Shown: in pieces, positions 1-7,727 of the stretch
How positions within the stretch are numbered: position 1 is the stretch's first letter
Layout: the number at the start of each line of letters is the position of its first letter
Source: Candidatus Hadarchaeales archaeon
Lineage (GTDB): Archaea; Hadarchaeota; Hadarchaeia; Hadarchaeales; Hadarchaeaceae
Assembly: GCA_038823825.1 (NCBI GenBank)
Contig: JAWBCC010000005.1
Coordinates: 14,691 to 46,690, forward strand
Direction: 5' to 3'
Length of the DNA: 32,000 nt
The notes under the pieces: model-generated
Database searches by the model: none
What the model was told of the DNA's origin: nothing
The model's input: the letters and a program-made list of their open reading frames with translations, nothing else
Translations under genes and position numbers: made by a program

Positions 1-2
1 TG

Positions 3-338
3 ATTGACATGCCCCCTGGAACTGGTGAGGAGATTCTCGAAACCAGCAAAATTCTTGAGAGGGGGGAGTTTGTAATCGTGACTACTCCTTCTCTTCTTTC
101 GATCGAAACTGTCAAGAGGTTGATTCTCGCTCTTAAAGAACTCGAAGTGGAAATCTCCGGAGTTATAGAAAACATGGGGGATGGCAATAAGGCCAAAAAA
201 CTCTCCAAGGAATACAAAATCAGGTTTCTTGGCAATGTGAGATATGATGAAAATCTGGAAAAAGCAATTGGAAAACCAAACAAACTTTTGAAAACCAAAA
301 TATCGAAAGACCTTCAAAAGATACTGCAAATCCTATAG
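3..338 (+). CDS. Mrp/NBP35/ApbC-family Fe-S cluster carrier ATPase, C-terminal part (5' end outside window)
   Basis: Frame is open to the window edge. The first residues IDMPPGTGE match the conserved D-x-PPGTGD signature of Mrp/NBP35 P-loop ATPases, followed by VIVTTP...GVIENM. Confidence 0.8.
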   Translation: MDMPPGTGEEILETSKILERGEFVIVTTPSLLSIETVKRLILALKELEVEISGVIENMGDGNKAKKLSKEYKIRFLGNVRYDENLEKAIGKPNKLLKTKISKDLQKILQIL

Positions 339-349
339 AAAAGAACTTT

Positions 350-1012
350 TTAGAAATCCAAACGGAGAGAAAACCAAGATTTTTCGGCATGATTCTGCAG
401 AATCTGCAGGATACCTTTAACATGCGCGGCTCCAACAACACACACGACTTTCTTATCGGAGTTTAGAAGAGGAAGCAGTCTATTTGCCATTATGACATTC
501 CGCTGTTCAACTAATATTTTGTACGTGAACGGAAAGAACTTTCTAAAATCCGACAAAAGCTTTTCCACCGTTTCCTCCTCCGTGAGATCGCTGATTTTCT
601 TCTCGAAAGGCATGAAAAGAGAAAAAAGTATTTGAAGACCCATCAGAAACTTTTCCCTAAGCGGAATCCCCATCAGCTGTCGAATTGTTATCTCCATATC
701 CTGATCGATCAGCATGATCAGAGCTCCCACTTTTCTAGCTTCCTCAATCGCTGTCAGCATTTCTTCTCCAATTGGTGAGCCCGTCAATTTTGCTAACCTT
801 TCTTGAAAGATGTAAATTAAACGGATAAGAATAGACGAATTCTGAGTCTTCCAAGTTCCGTAGGTTAGAGCATGATAGCGCGCTGGACAGAGTTCCAAAC
901 AGACAACCTCTGGTTTTTCTTTCGCTATCAATTCCCTAACTTCTCTCACGCTTTCTGGTAAAACATGTCCCACACCCAAGATTATGAAGCCATCTCTGAC
1001 TTTTTTCAACAC
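350..1012 (-). CDS. TraB/PrgY-family protein
   Basis: 220 aa. N-terminal ILGVGHV..S..EV...I....PEVVCLELCPARY and C-terminal VVGAAHVKGI resemble the two TraB-family signatures (GTAHVS...VELC..R and GAGHxxG). Confidence 0.7.
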   Translation of the reverse strand: MLKKVRDGFIILGVGHVLPESVREVRELIAKEKPEVVCLELCPARYHALTYGTWKTQNSSILIRLIYIFQERLAKLTGSPIGEEMLTAIEEARKVGALIMLIDQDMEITIRQLMGIPLREKFLMGLQILFSLFMPFEKKISDLTEEETVEKLLSDFRKFFPFTYKILVEQRNVIMANRLLPLLNSDKKVVCVVGAAHVKGILQILQNHAEKSWFSLRLDF

Positions 1013-1662
1013 TGCCGTTCACCAACTTTGTAAATCAGAAGAAGATCTTTTCCAACTTTTTCTATACCAGTTAGTTTGAGCTTTATTCCCTTCTTGACGA
1101 GCGGAATTCCTTCACCTTCAACAAGCGTTTTGGCTCTTTCTCCTCCAACGATCACAGGAGCGATCGATATCCTTATCTCGTCCACCAAGCCATGCTTGAG
1201 CATCTCCCAATTAAGAGTGGGTCCTCCTTCCAGAAGTATCTTTTTCACACCAAGCTCTGAAAGTTTCTCTAAAAGCTTTCTCAGATCTACTTTCGCTCCA
1301 TCAAAGATCCAGACATCCACTCCGGTTTTCCTTATGCTCTCGACCTTTCTTCTGTTCGCCTCCGAGGAGACTGCAACTATCGTTTTCGGATCTCCCCGGA
1401 GAACTTTTGCAGAAAGTGGTATTCTCGCCTTACCATCGACCACTACTCTGATCGGGTTTTTGCCTTTCACTCTTCTAACCGTCAGAGAGGGATCGTCGGA
1501 GAGAATCGTTCCCGCTCCAACCATTACGGCATCAACCTCCGATCTGAGCTTGTGAAGTCTGTCCAAGTCCTCCTCGCAAGATATTCTACTGTCTCCACCG
1601 ACGGTGACAACTTTTCCGTCGACTGTAACGGCTGCGTTCATTATAACGTACGGTTTTTTCAT
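1006..1662 (-). CDS. 2,5-diamino-6-ribosylamino-4(3H)-pyrimidinone 5'-phosphate reductase (RibD C-terminal-domain type, riboflavin pathway)
   Basis: 218 aa. VIMNAAVTVDGK, AVMVGAGTILSDDPSLTVR and ILLEGGPTLNWEML are typical of the DHFR-like RibD_C reductase domain; single-domain archaeal form. Confidence 0.8.
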   Translation of the reverse strand: MKKPYVIMNAAVTVDGKVVTVGGDSRISCEEDLDRLHKLRSEVDAVMVGAGTILSDDPSLTVRRVKGKNPIRVVVDGKARIPLSAKVLRGDPKTIVAVSSEANRRKVESIRKTGVDVWIFDGAKVDLRKLLEKLSELGVKKILLEGGPTLNWEMLKHGLVDEIRISIAPVIVGGERAKTLVEGEGIPLVKKGIKLKLTGIEKVGKDLLLIYKVGERQC

Positions 1663-1701
1663 CCAAACAAAAACCGTGTCGCAGGGTTTAAACCGTTAAG
1701 G

Positions 1702-1774
1702 GGCCAGGGCCGGGATTCGAACCCGGGCTGCGGGATCCACAGTCCCGAATGCTAACCGCTACACTACCCTGGCC
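1702..1774 (-). tRNA. tRNA-His (anticodon GUG) with genomically encoded G-1
   Basis: Hand-folded cloverleaf: G-1, acceptor GCCAGGG/CCCTGGC, D arm GTGT-AGCGGTTA-GCAT, anticodon arm CGGGA-CTGTGGA-TCCCG, T arm CCGGG-TTCGAAT-CCCGG, discriminator C pairing with G-1. No encoded CCA. Confidence 0.9.
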
Positions 1775-1835
1775 GCCAAAATTTTCTCGACAGACTTGGA
1801 TTTATCTCTTGCGTCCAAAAATTCTCATGACAAAA

Positions 1836-2117
1836 CTAAACCCGCTGCTTCTTTTGGAGAAATAGAAGATATGCCATCCAGACCAAAAATACTGGTAAAA
1901 GCATGACGAGCCCGAGCAGGATCCCATTCGATATCATCCCTTCAGTTTCCATCTCGAAAAACTCTCCCCCCTCATAGCCAAGCACATGGTCTACCAATAT
2001 CATGATGGTCGCTCCCCACAACATGAGACCCAAGATGTCCAATCTATACCGCTTCGGGGCAAAAAGCCAGAGAATTGTCACGATGATGGCCGCGACAAAT
2101 GTTGTAACCAGCCACAA
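1836..2117 (-). CDS. small membrane protein (about 3 TM), unknown family, paralog of the adjacent upstream gene
   Basis: 93 aa, three hydrophobic segments. Shares LMLWGATIMILVDHVLGYE with MLWGGSLMLMVEHVAHGE of ORF 2122-2448. Separated from that ORF by 4 nt. Confidence 0.6.
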   Translation of the reverse strand: MWLVTTFVAAIIVTILWLFAPKRYRLDILGLMLWGATIMILVDHVLGYEGGEFFEMETEGMISNGILLGLVMLLPVFLVWMAYLLFLQKKQRV

Positions 2118-2121
2118 AAAA

Positions 2122-2448
2122 TCACCTCAAGATTCCTGTTTTCGTCCTTAGACCACTTTCAGCACGCTTGATTATGCTCGCATTGATCTTAACTATGCCA
2201 ACCCAGACGAAAACAGAAGCCAGAGCCATTGGAACGCCAATGTGAAGCATTTCCCCGAAAACGTTTCCGCCTGTTAAAAACGGTGGGTACGGGACAATTT
2301 CCCCATGCGCCACATGCTCGACCATTAGCATCAAACTGCCTCCCCAAAGCATTGCATTTAACCATCCAACATGCCATTCCTTGGGAAACTTTTTTGATAA
2401 AAGTGTGGTCAAAATTCCTAGAAAAAGCGGAACTACAAAGCAAGCCAT
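2122..2448 (-). CDS. small membrane protein (about 3 TM), unknown family, paralog of the adjacent downstream gene
   Basis: 108 aa, hydrophobic. Collinear similarity with ORF 1836-2117 over TM1-TM3. Confidence 0.6.
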   Translation of the reverse strand: MACFVVPLFLGILTTLLSKKFPKEWHVGWLNAMLWGGSLMLMVEHVAHGEIVPYPPFLTGGNVFGEMLHIGVPMALASVFVWVGIVKINASIIKRAESGLRTKTGILR

Positions 2449-2480
2449 TCTTCAGCACCCCCTATCGGAGTAATATTTTT

Positions 2481-3212
2481 TTACTTATAAATATTACGAT
2501 TGCGCAATTCTTTTGCAACTTCCTCCATTGTTCGAAACTTTACACCTATACGTAGCATATTGGTGAGCACCTTCCTCAAACGTGCCTCAGCGACTTTGCC
2601 TGTTGCGAAACGACAATCCCATCTAACATTTTTCATCTCCACGAGCTCCCATGGGTGAAAATCCAAAACAAGCGGTCTGAAAACTCTCAGACCGAGCTGA
2701 ACTATAGACAAAGAAACTACTGAGGGTAATCGGAGAATGCTCGAAGGCATAGTGTTCATTATCTCGATCAGGCCCGACGTTTCTGGCCGTTGCCCCAGCC
2801 CATACACGGGAACAGAAGAATCGTAGAAATATCCGAGCTTCACAAGAGCCCGATAAGTATGTTTGTTGCATCTGAAATTCGGGCTCCTAAACCCGACGGG
2901 TCTTTTCTCGATCGTCTTCTCGATTATCTCTGTTGCGAGTTTCAATCTCCTGAACTGTTCATCGAAGGGTAACAGATCAAGCCTTTCGTGGAGGTATCCG
3001 TGACACCCCACCTCATGATTTCTGGCAATTTCCGCGATTTTATCCGGAAATCGCTCACAACATTCGCCGGTCACGAAAAAAGTTGCACGTATGCCCAATT
3101 CGTCCAACATCTTTAGAAGTCTCGGTAGTCCTTCCTCAATCCCTCTCCAAGTTTTCAGATAGGGCGGAGCGTCCTGCTCAACATCCACGGAAAAAACCGC
3201 TTCACTTGGCAA
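2481..3212 (-). CDS. polysaccharide deacetylase (NodB-homology) family protein
   Basis: 243 aa. FSVDVEQD near the N-terminus, GIRATFFVTGE and EVGCHGYLHE match the catalytic Asp and His motifs of NodB-type deacetylases. Confidence 0.75.
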   Translation of the reverse strand: MPSEAVFSVDVEQDAPPYLKTWRGIEEGLPRLLKMLDELGIRATFFVTGECCERFPDKIAEIARNHEVGCHGYLHERLDLLPFDEQFRRLKLATEIIEKTIEKRPVGFRSPNFRCNKHTYRALVKLGYFYDSSVPVYGLGQRPETSGLIEIMNTMPSSILRLPSVVSLSIVQLGLRVFRPLVLDFHPWELVEMKNVRWDCRFATGKVAEARLRKVLTNMLRIGVKFRTMEEVAKELRNRNIYK

Positions 3213-4338
3213 GCCTAATTACCTCCTCGTAGACCTCCAAAACTCTTTTAGCCATGACATCAATTGTAAAATTTCGCACCGTTTCTAGACCGTTGGCCCG
3301 GAGCGATTTTGATAGATTCTCGTCTGTCAGAACTCTTACCACGGCTTTCGCTAAAGAGCTGTGGTCTCCGACTGGGACTAAGATACCATTAATGCCATCT
3401 CTGACTATGAGGCTGGAACCTGTCGTTCTTGTCGATACAACTGGAGTGCCGCTCGCCATGGCTTCAAGAATCGCCATTGGAAAGGCCTCAGAAAGAGATG
3501 GAAGAACGAAAACGTCGGCTGCAGCCATCAGCTTGGCTATCTCCGTTACAAGCTTCGGCCCTAGGAAATTTACCTTTTCTAGGATCCCAAGTTTTCTAGC
3601 GAGTTCCACGACCTCTGGGAGATCTTTACCTTTTCCAGCGATTACCAGCCTAGCGTCTGGAACTTCTTTCACAATTTCAACAAAAGCCTTCACAAGAACG
3701 TGGACTCCTTTCAGTTTTTTTATTCTAACCGCACTAAAGACCACTTTTCCGTCCAGACCATATTTTCGTTTTACTTCTTCTTTCTCCTTTTCAGATTTAG
3801 GGTAAAAAATAGACAAATCGACTCCATTCGGAACTACTCTAACTTTCCACGGAGGGACCCCAAAATTCACACACGTCTCAGCCGCCTGATCGCTCACACC
3901 AATCACCATCGTCGCCTTTTTGACCACTCTCATCATTGGATGATAGAGAACGGACCACCTGCCAATCGTCTTTCTAACAGTGTGGCACGTTATCACAGAT
4001 GGAATTCTACGTCTCTTGCAATACCAGATGGAGAAAAGCGCTGCGCTGGAGTGAATATCCTGCCCGTGTACAACATCAAAGCCACCATAACGAATCAAGT
4101 CCCTGAGCTTTTTCGCCGCCCTCCCAGAGAACATACGCATCAATACGGGAATAACGAATCCATCAAAATAACTCACATTTACATCCGGTGGGATGAATTC
4201 GCTTCCTCTGAGACGCGCTGGGAGCGCCAGCGTAACATCCACACCAATCTTCGCAAGCGCCTTGCAGAGATTGGCGGTATAGGTCGCCGCTCCGCCAATA
4301 TCCGGAGGAAACTCATCTCCAACTATCAGAACCTTCAG
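3202..4338 (-). CDS. glycosyltransferase family 4 (GT-B fold); start set at an in-frame CTG (see findings)
   Basis: C-terminal EAFPMAILEAMASGTPVVST is the GT4/GT1 E-x7-E region. Conserved N-terminus KVLIVGDEFPPDIGGAATYTANL lies upstream of the first canonical start (GTG 4242), preceded by AGGGGGAT (4350-4343, minus strand). Confidence 0.8.
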   Translation of the reverse strand: MKVLIVGDEFPPDIGGAATYTANLCKALAKIGVDVTLALPARLRGSEFIPPDVNVSYFDGFVIPVLMRMFSGRAAKKLRDLIRYGGFDVVHGQDIHSSAALFSIWYCKRRRIPSVITCHTVRKTIGRWSVLYHPMMRVVKKATMVIGVSDQAAETCVNFGVPPWKVRVVPNGVDLSIFYPKSEKEKEEVKRKYGLDGKVVFSAVRIKKLKGVHVLVKAFVEIVKEVPDARLVIAGKGKDLPEVVELARKLGILEKVNFLGPKLVTEIAKLMAAADVFVLPSLSEAFPMAILEAMASGTPVVSTRTTGSSLIVRDGINGILVPVGDHSSLAKAVVRVLTDENLSKSLRANGLETVRNFTIDVMAKRVLEVYEEVIRLAK

Positions 4339-4383
4339 CGCTATCCCCCTAACTAAAGCCCTGAAATCTTGATTAAAAAGCTC

Positions 4384-5013
4384 ATGCTGAAGCTTCGGTT
4401 TTACTTAAGAGCTTCAAGAAATGAAGATTTGTTGGTGTTGAAGAACTTTCTGGTTACAGGAAGACCCGGAAGCGGAAAAAGCACGATTGTCGCCAAAACC
4501 GTTCAAATTTTAATCGACCAAGGGGTGAGGGTAGGGGGAATAGTCTGTCCAGAAATCAGAGATGAAAGTGGTCAAAGGATCGGATTCAAAATGAAGAACA
4601 TTCTTTCTGGGGAAGAGAGATTGCTTGCACACGTCGGGCACAAAGCAGGACCATCGGTCGGAAAATACGGCGTAATTGTAGAAAATGTAGATTATATGTC
4701 AGAAACGTCCATCTTGAACAGCTTGGAACACGTGGATGTTATCGTTATCGATGAAATCGCGCCAATGGAAACCTTCAGCGAAAAATTCAAGAAAGCTATC
4801 ACAACTGTTTTGGATTCTTCAAAGCCGCTTCTTGCCGCGATCCATATGAGAAGCATGACAGGATTTATAGGGGACATAAAAAAGAGGCCTGACGTTAAAA
4901 TCTGGGTGATAAAACCCGAAAACCGTGAAAGATTGCCTACAGAAATAGCGTCAGAAATCTTGAAAGTCCTCAGAACAGAGAAATCAGAAAATCGTATGGA
5001 GCATCCGTCCTGA
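4384..5013 (+). CDS. THEP1-type nucleoside-triphosphatase (NTPase_1 family P-loop protein)
   Basis: Walker A GRPGSGKST, then VGGIVCPEIRDESGQRIGFKM and Walker B VIVIDEIAPME, typical of THEP1. Start uncertain: TTG 4369, ATG 4384, or GTG 4435/TTG 4438 just before the first strand. Confidence 0.75.
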   Translation: MLKLRFYLRASRNEDLLVLKNFLVTGRPGSGKSTIVAKTVQILIDQGVRVGGIVCPEIRDESGQRIGFKMKNILSGEERLLAHVGHKAGPSVGKYGVIVENVDYMSETSILNSLEHVDVIVIDEIAPMETFSEKFKKAITTVLDSSKPLLAAIHMRSMTGFIGDIKKRPDVKIWVIKPENRERLPTEIASEILKVLRTEKSENRMEHPS

Positions 5014-6121
5014 AACCTGTTGGTGAGAAATGAGTTCTGGAAAAGAAATATCCCGATGATTTTAGGGCTTCTTCTATGCGGGAGAATTTTGGAGGAGATA
5101 TACCCGCAACGCTTGCCATTACGTTTAGATCAAAAAAGGTTGGTGGACCCTCGGCCTCATTCACGCACATAGACAAAAGCCTGAACTCTTGACTCCTCTG
5201 TCTAAACTTTCTCCGACCTACTCCTTCTAAGACTTTTAGAACAAAATTTTTGTCAAAAATCGAGCCCAGCCAAAGAGGACCGGCATGAGCTAAATCCTCT
5301 CCGCAATCACAACTTGAGGGGAGCTCCGCTGCAGTTCCTTTTGTCAAATATCTCCTGCTACATGAAAAGCAATGGGAAACAAAGCCTTGTTCTTTTAAAA
5401 CTCCAAAAGCGGATCCTGAACTTCTCTTTCCAAAAAGATAAACTCTAAGCTGGTGTCTCGACAAATGGGTAAGAAGAGGGAAAAAAGCAAGATCGTGTTT
5501 TGCCGCAACACGTTGAATGAAACCTATCAAAATTCTCGCGCCCAGTTCGTGACAGTATTCTGTCCTCAGAGAGACCGCACCGTACTTCCGTAGACATGCG
5601 GATGGAGCAGAACCGCATAGCGCCGCCGTATCGGTGGCTGTGACCGCAAGCACTCCCGCCCGGGAAAGAGAAACGCATGCTGCCTCAACAAAAGGGGCCG
5701 GTGATCCAAATGGGTCGAGATCCACGAAATTGAATCTACCGCGCATCTCGTGCAAAAGAACGTTCGCGTCGCTCCTGACAACGGACACCTCGACCATAGG
5801 CTTGTTCAACTCCAAGTTCTTTTTGATTATGTCTATCGCCTTTTGTGAAACATCGCTGATGACAACCCGTTCTACTCCTTCCACCTCACAAGCATATCTC
5901 AGACCTCGCACGCCAACTCCGGCAAACGGATCGCATATTCTCAATTTTCCCAAAATCTCCACAGCGGCCTGTGCCACGGCCACAGCGATGTCTCTAGCCA
6001 TCTCCACATGCGGATTGTAAAAGACGTCTGCTCTTGATGGAACATAATCTCCAGTTGGAGCTCTGAAATCCTCGAGACGCGGTACCTCTAGTATTACTTT
6101 TCCTTCCGTCACACGAACCAT
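4970..6121 (-). CDS. trm1: tRNA (guanine26-N2)-dimethyltransferase Trm1
   Basis: 383 aa. FYNPHVEMARDI, DPFAGVGVRGLRYA (SAM site), DLDPFGSPAPFV and the C-terminal Cys cluster with GPLWLG are Trm1 hallmarks. Confidence 0.9.
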   Translation of the reverse strand: MVRVTEGKVILEVPRLEDFRAPTGDYVPSRADVFYNPHVEMARDIAVAVAQAAVEILGKLRICDPFAGVGVRGLRYACEVEGVERVVISDVSQKAIDIIKKNLELNKPMVEVSVVRSDANVLLHEMRGRFNFVDLDPFGSPAPFVEAACVSLSRAGVLAVTATDTAALCGSAPSACLRKYGAVSLRTEYCHELGARILIGFIQRVAAKHDLAFFPLLTHLSRHQLRVYLFGKRSSGSAFGVLKEQGFVSHCFSCSRRYLTKGTAAELPSSCDCGEDLAHAGPLWLGSIFDKNFVLKVLEGVGRRKFRQRSQEFRLLSMCVNEAEGPPTFFDLNVMASVAGISPPKFSRIEEALKSSGYFFSRTHFSPTGFRTDAPYDFLISLF

Positions 6122-6137
6122 AGTTACCCACTAGAAT

Positions 6138-6794
6138 TCATTCGATTTCTGCTCTGAAACCCTTTCCTATGATGTAGGACTCTGCACTTTGTTTTCTAGA
6201 GGCAATCGGTTTAGAAACTTTAACAAAATCAAAATTTTTTCTGAATTCTTTGAGAATTTCTGGAAATTGTTCACCTTGGAATACTTTGACCAATGCCCGC
6301 CCGCCGGGTGAGAGAATCTTCTGGCAAATTTTAAGGACTGAGAGGACAAGTTCCGCAGATCTAGCGTGATCGACACTCCATACTCCAGTTATCCTCGGAG
6401 ATGCGTCCGAAAGCACAACATCTGCTTTCCTAGGAATTTCCTTCAAAATGCGTTCGGGCGTGGTGGAATCCAAGATATCTGCAACAATCGTTCTAACGTT
6501 TGGAAATTTCAAAGGTTTTATTGGCTGTAGGTCCACGCCTAGAACGAAGCCTTCCTCTCCAATCTTTTCGGCAGCCACCTGAAGCCAGCCACCTGGAGCT
6601 GCTCCCAGATCTACTACAACGTCTCCTCTCCTGAGAATGTTGTAGCGCTCGTTGAGCTGAATAAGCTTGAAGGCTGCCCTCGACCTATAGCCAATCTTTT
6701 TCGCTAGACAGTAATAGTGCTCTCTTTTTCTTTCCGATTTAAACGCCAAGAGCCTCCCTCCCGTGTGGTTTGAGACCACAAGCCTTGAAGGCAT
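6138..6794 (-). CDS. rlmE: 23S rRNA (uridine2552-2'-O)-methyltransferase RlmE/FtsJ
   Basis: YRSRAAFKLIQLNERY and VVDLGAAPGGWLQVA are classic FtsJ/RlmE motifs. ATG 6794 overlaps the upstream gene by 56 nt; an internal TTG (LAFKSERKREHYY) behind GGGAGG is an alternative start. Confidence 0.85.
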   Translation of the reverse strand: MPSRLVVSNHTGGRLLAFKSERKREHYYCLAKKIGYRSRAAFKLIQLNERYNILRRGDVVVDLGAAPGGWLQVAAEKIGEEGFVLGVDLQPIKPLKFPNVRTIVADILDSTTPERILKEIPRKADVVLSDASPRITGVWSVDHARSAELVLSVLKICQKILSPGGRALVKVFQGEQFPEILKEFRKNFDFVKVSKPIASRKQSAESYIIGKGFRAEIE

Positions 6795-7161
6795 CAGCCG
6801 TGACCGACATCAAAACTGATATCTCTGGATGATAGAATAGGTGAGTCTGACATTCGCAGTCACTGGAGCCAAAACCCTCGATTGGCTGAAGTCTACTGGA
6901 GAGATTTCGAGCAACTTCACACTCTCCTCTGCCCTCTGCAAAAATGAAGTCTACAACTCTTGCTCTCGTGAGTAGATAGTCAACATGCCAATGCATCCGC
7001 TTTTTCTTTTCTAAGTGTCTCCTCACTCTTTCTTTCAAACCTCCCATTGCTGAACCAACATAGACATAATAACCCGCCCGAAAACTTTTCCTCCCCAAGG
7101 CACCGATCACGATTTCAACATCGAATGGGACTTGGATAAATAACGCGTAAGTTCCTTTCAT
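6739..7161 (-). CDS. DUF123 / COG1833 Uri-superfamily (GIY-YIG-like) endonuclease-family protein
   Basis: 140 aa. GTYALFI...GYYVYVGSA...RVRRHL....K..HWHVDYL matches the GIY-YIG-like DUF123 pattern. Confidence 0.7.
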   Translation of the reverse strand: MKGTYALFIQVPFDVEIVIGALGRKSFRAGYYVYVGSAMGGLKERVRRHLEKKKRMHWHVDYLLTRARVVDFIFAEGRGECEVARNLSSRLQPIEGFGSSDCECQTHLFYHPEISVLMSVTADAFKACGLKPHGREALGV

Positions 7162-7622
7162 CTTAGAGATCTGCTCGCGATGGCCCTCTTTCCCGGAGAC
7201 TCCTCTACCCAGACTTCCACCTCCAAAATGTTGTTAAACTCGCCCAGTTTGTCCGAAACTTCTGATAAAATTAGACGAGCTAGTTCCTCTGCGGTCACAT
7301 TCTCAACTGGAAGAATGAGAACATCCTGCTCGGGAAAAATGTACATTCTTCCGCCGGATTTTAGAGCGAGAGATTTTCCATCGGATTCTAACGTCACATG
7401 AGAACTTCTCCCAGGTAACAGAAGCTTGTGATCATATTTCGCACAGATCTCGGACAAAATTTTTTTGAGAAGATCAAAATCTATAACCATTCCTTTCTTG
7501 TCCGTTTCCCCGCTCACTGAAACTCCAACCGTCCAATTGTGGCCGTGAACATGCTCACACCTCTCATGACCGATGAGGAAATGTGCGGCTGAAAATCCAA
7601 CCTTGGTAACCTCTATCTTCAT
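7158..7622 (-). CDS. queD: 6-carboxy-5,6,7,8-tetrahydropterin synthase (QueD / PTPS family)
   Basis: 154 aa. FSAAHFL...CEHVHGHNW is the PTPS/QueD zinc- and substrate-binding signature. Confidence 0.8.
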   Translation of the reverse strand: MKIEVTKVGFSAAHFLIGHERCEHVHGHNWTVGVSVSGETDKKGMVIDFDLLKKILSEICAKYDHKLLLPGRSSHVTLESDGKSLALKSGGRMYIFPEQDVLILPVENVTAEELARLILSEVSDKLGEFNNILEVEVWVEESPGKRAIASRSLR

Positions 7623-7727
7623 TCAAAGAATTCTTTAGCGGCTGGAAGTTTAAAAGTCTCCAGAAAATTTTCATAGCAAACAAAACCTTTTTAAGCGGAG
7701 GTTTTCTTTAAAAAAGGAGGTAAAAAC

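Noticed and set aside
350-1012. TraB-family gene as evidence of a conjugative element
   Set aside because: The TraB/PrgY family is widespread in chromosomes. Its neighbours (Mrp ATPase, riboflavin reductase, tRNA-His) are core genes, and no other transfer genes are present.
1076-1555. 159-aa plus-strand ORF, with similar long antisense ORFs at 3254-3805, 3700-4356, 5634-6020, 7986-8453, 9437-9919, 12514-12966, 12699-13310, 15315-15797, 16827-17456, 18910-19359, 20102-20533, 24202-24645 and 29045-29494
   Set aside because: Each lies entirely opposite a gene with strong family signatures. Their products are low-complexity (Ser/Thr/Pro/Arg-rich) with no motifs, as expected for shadow ORFs of coding regions.
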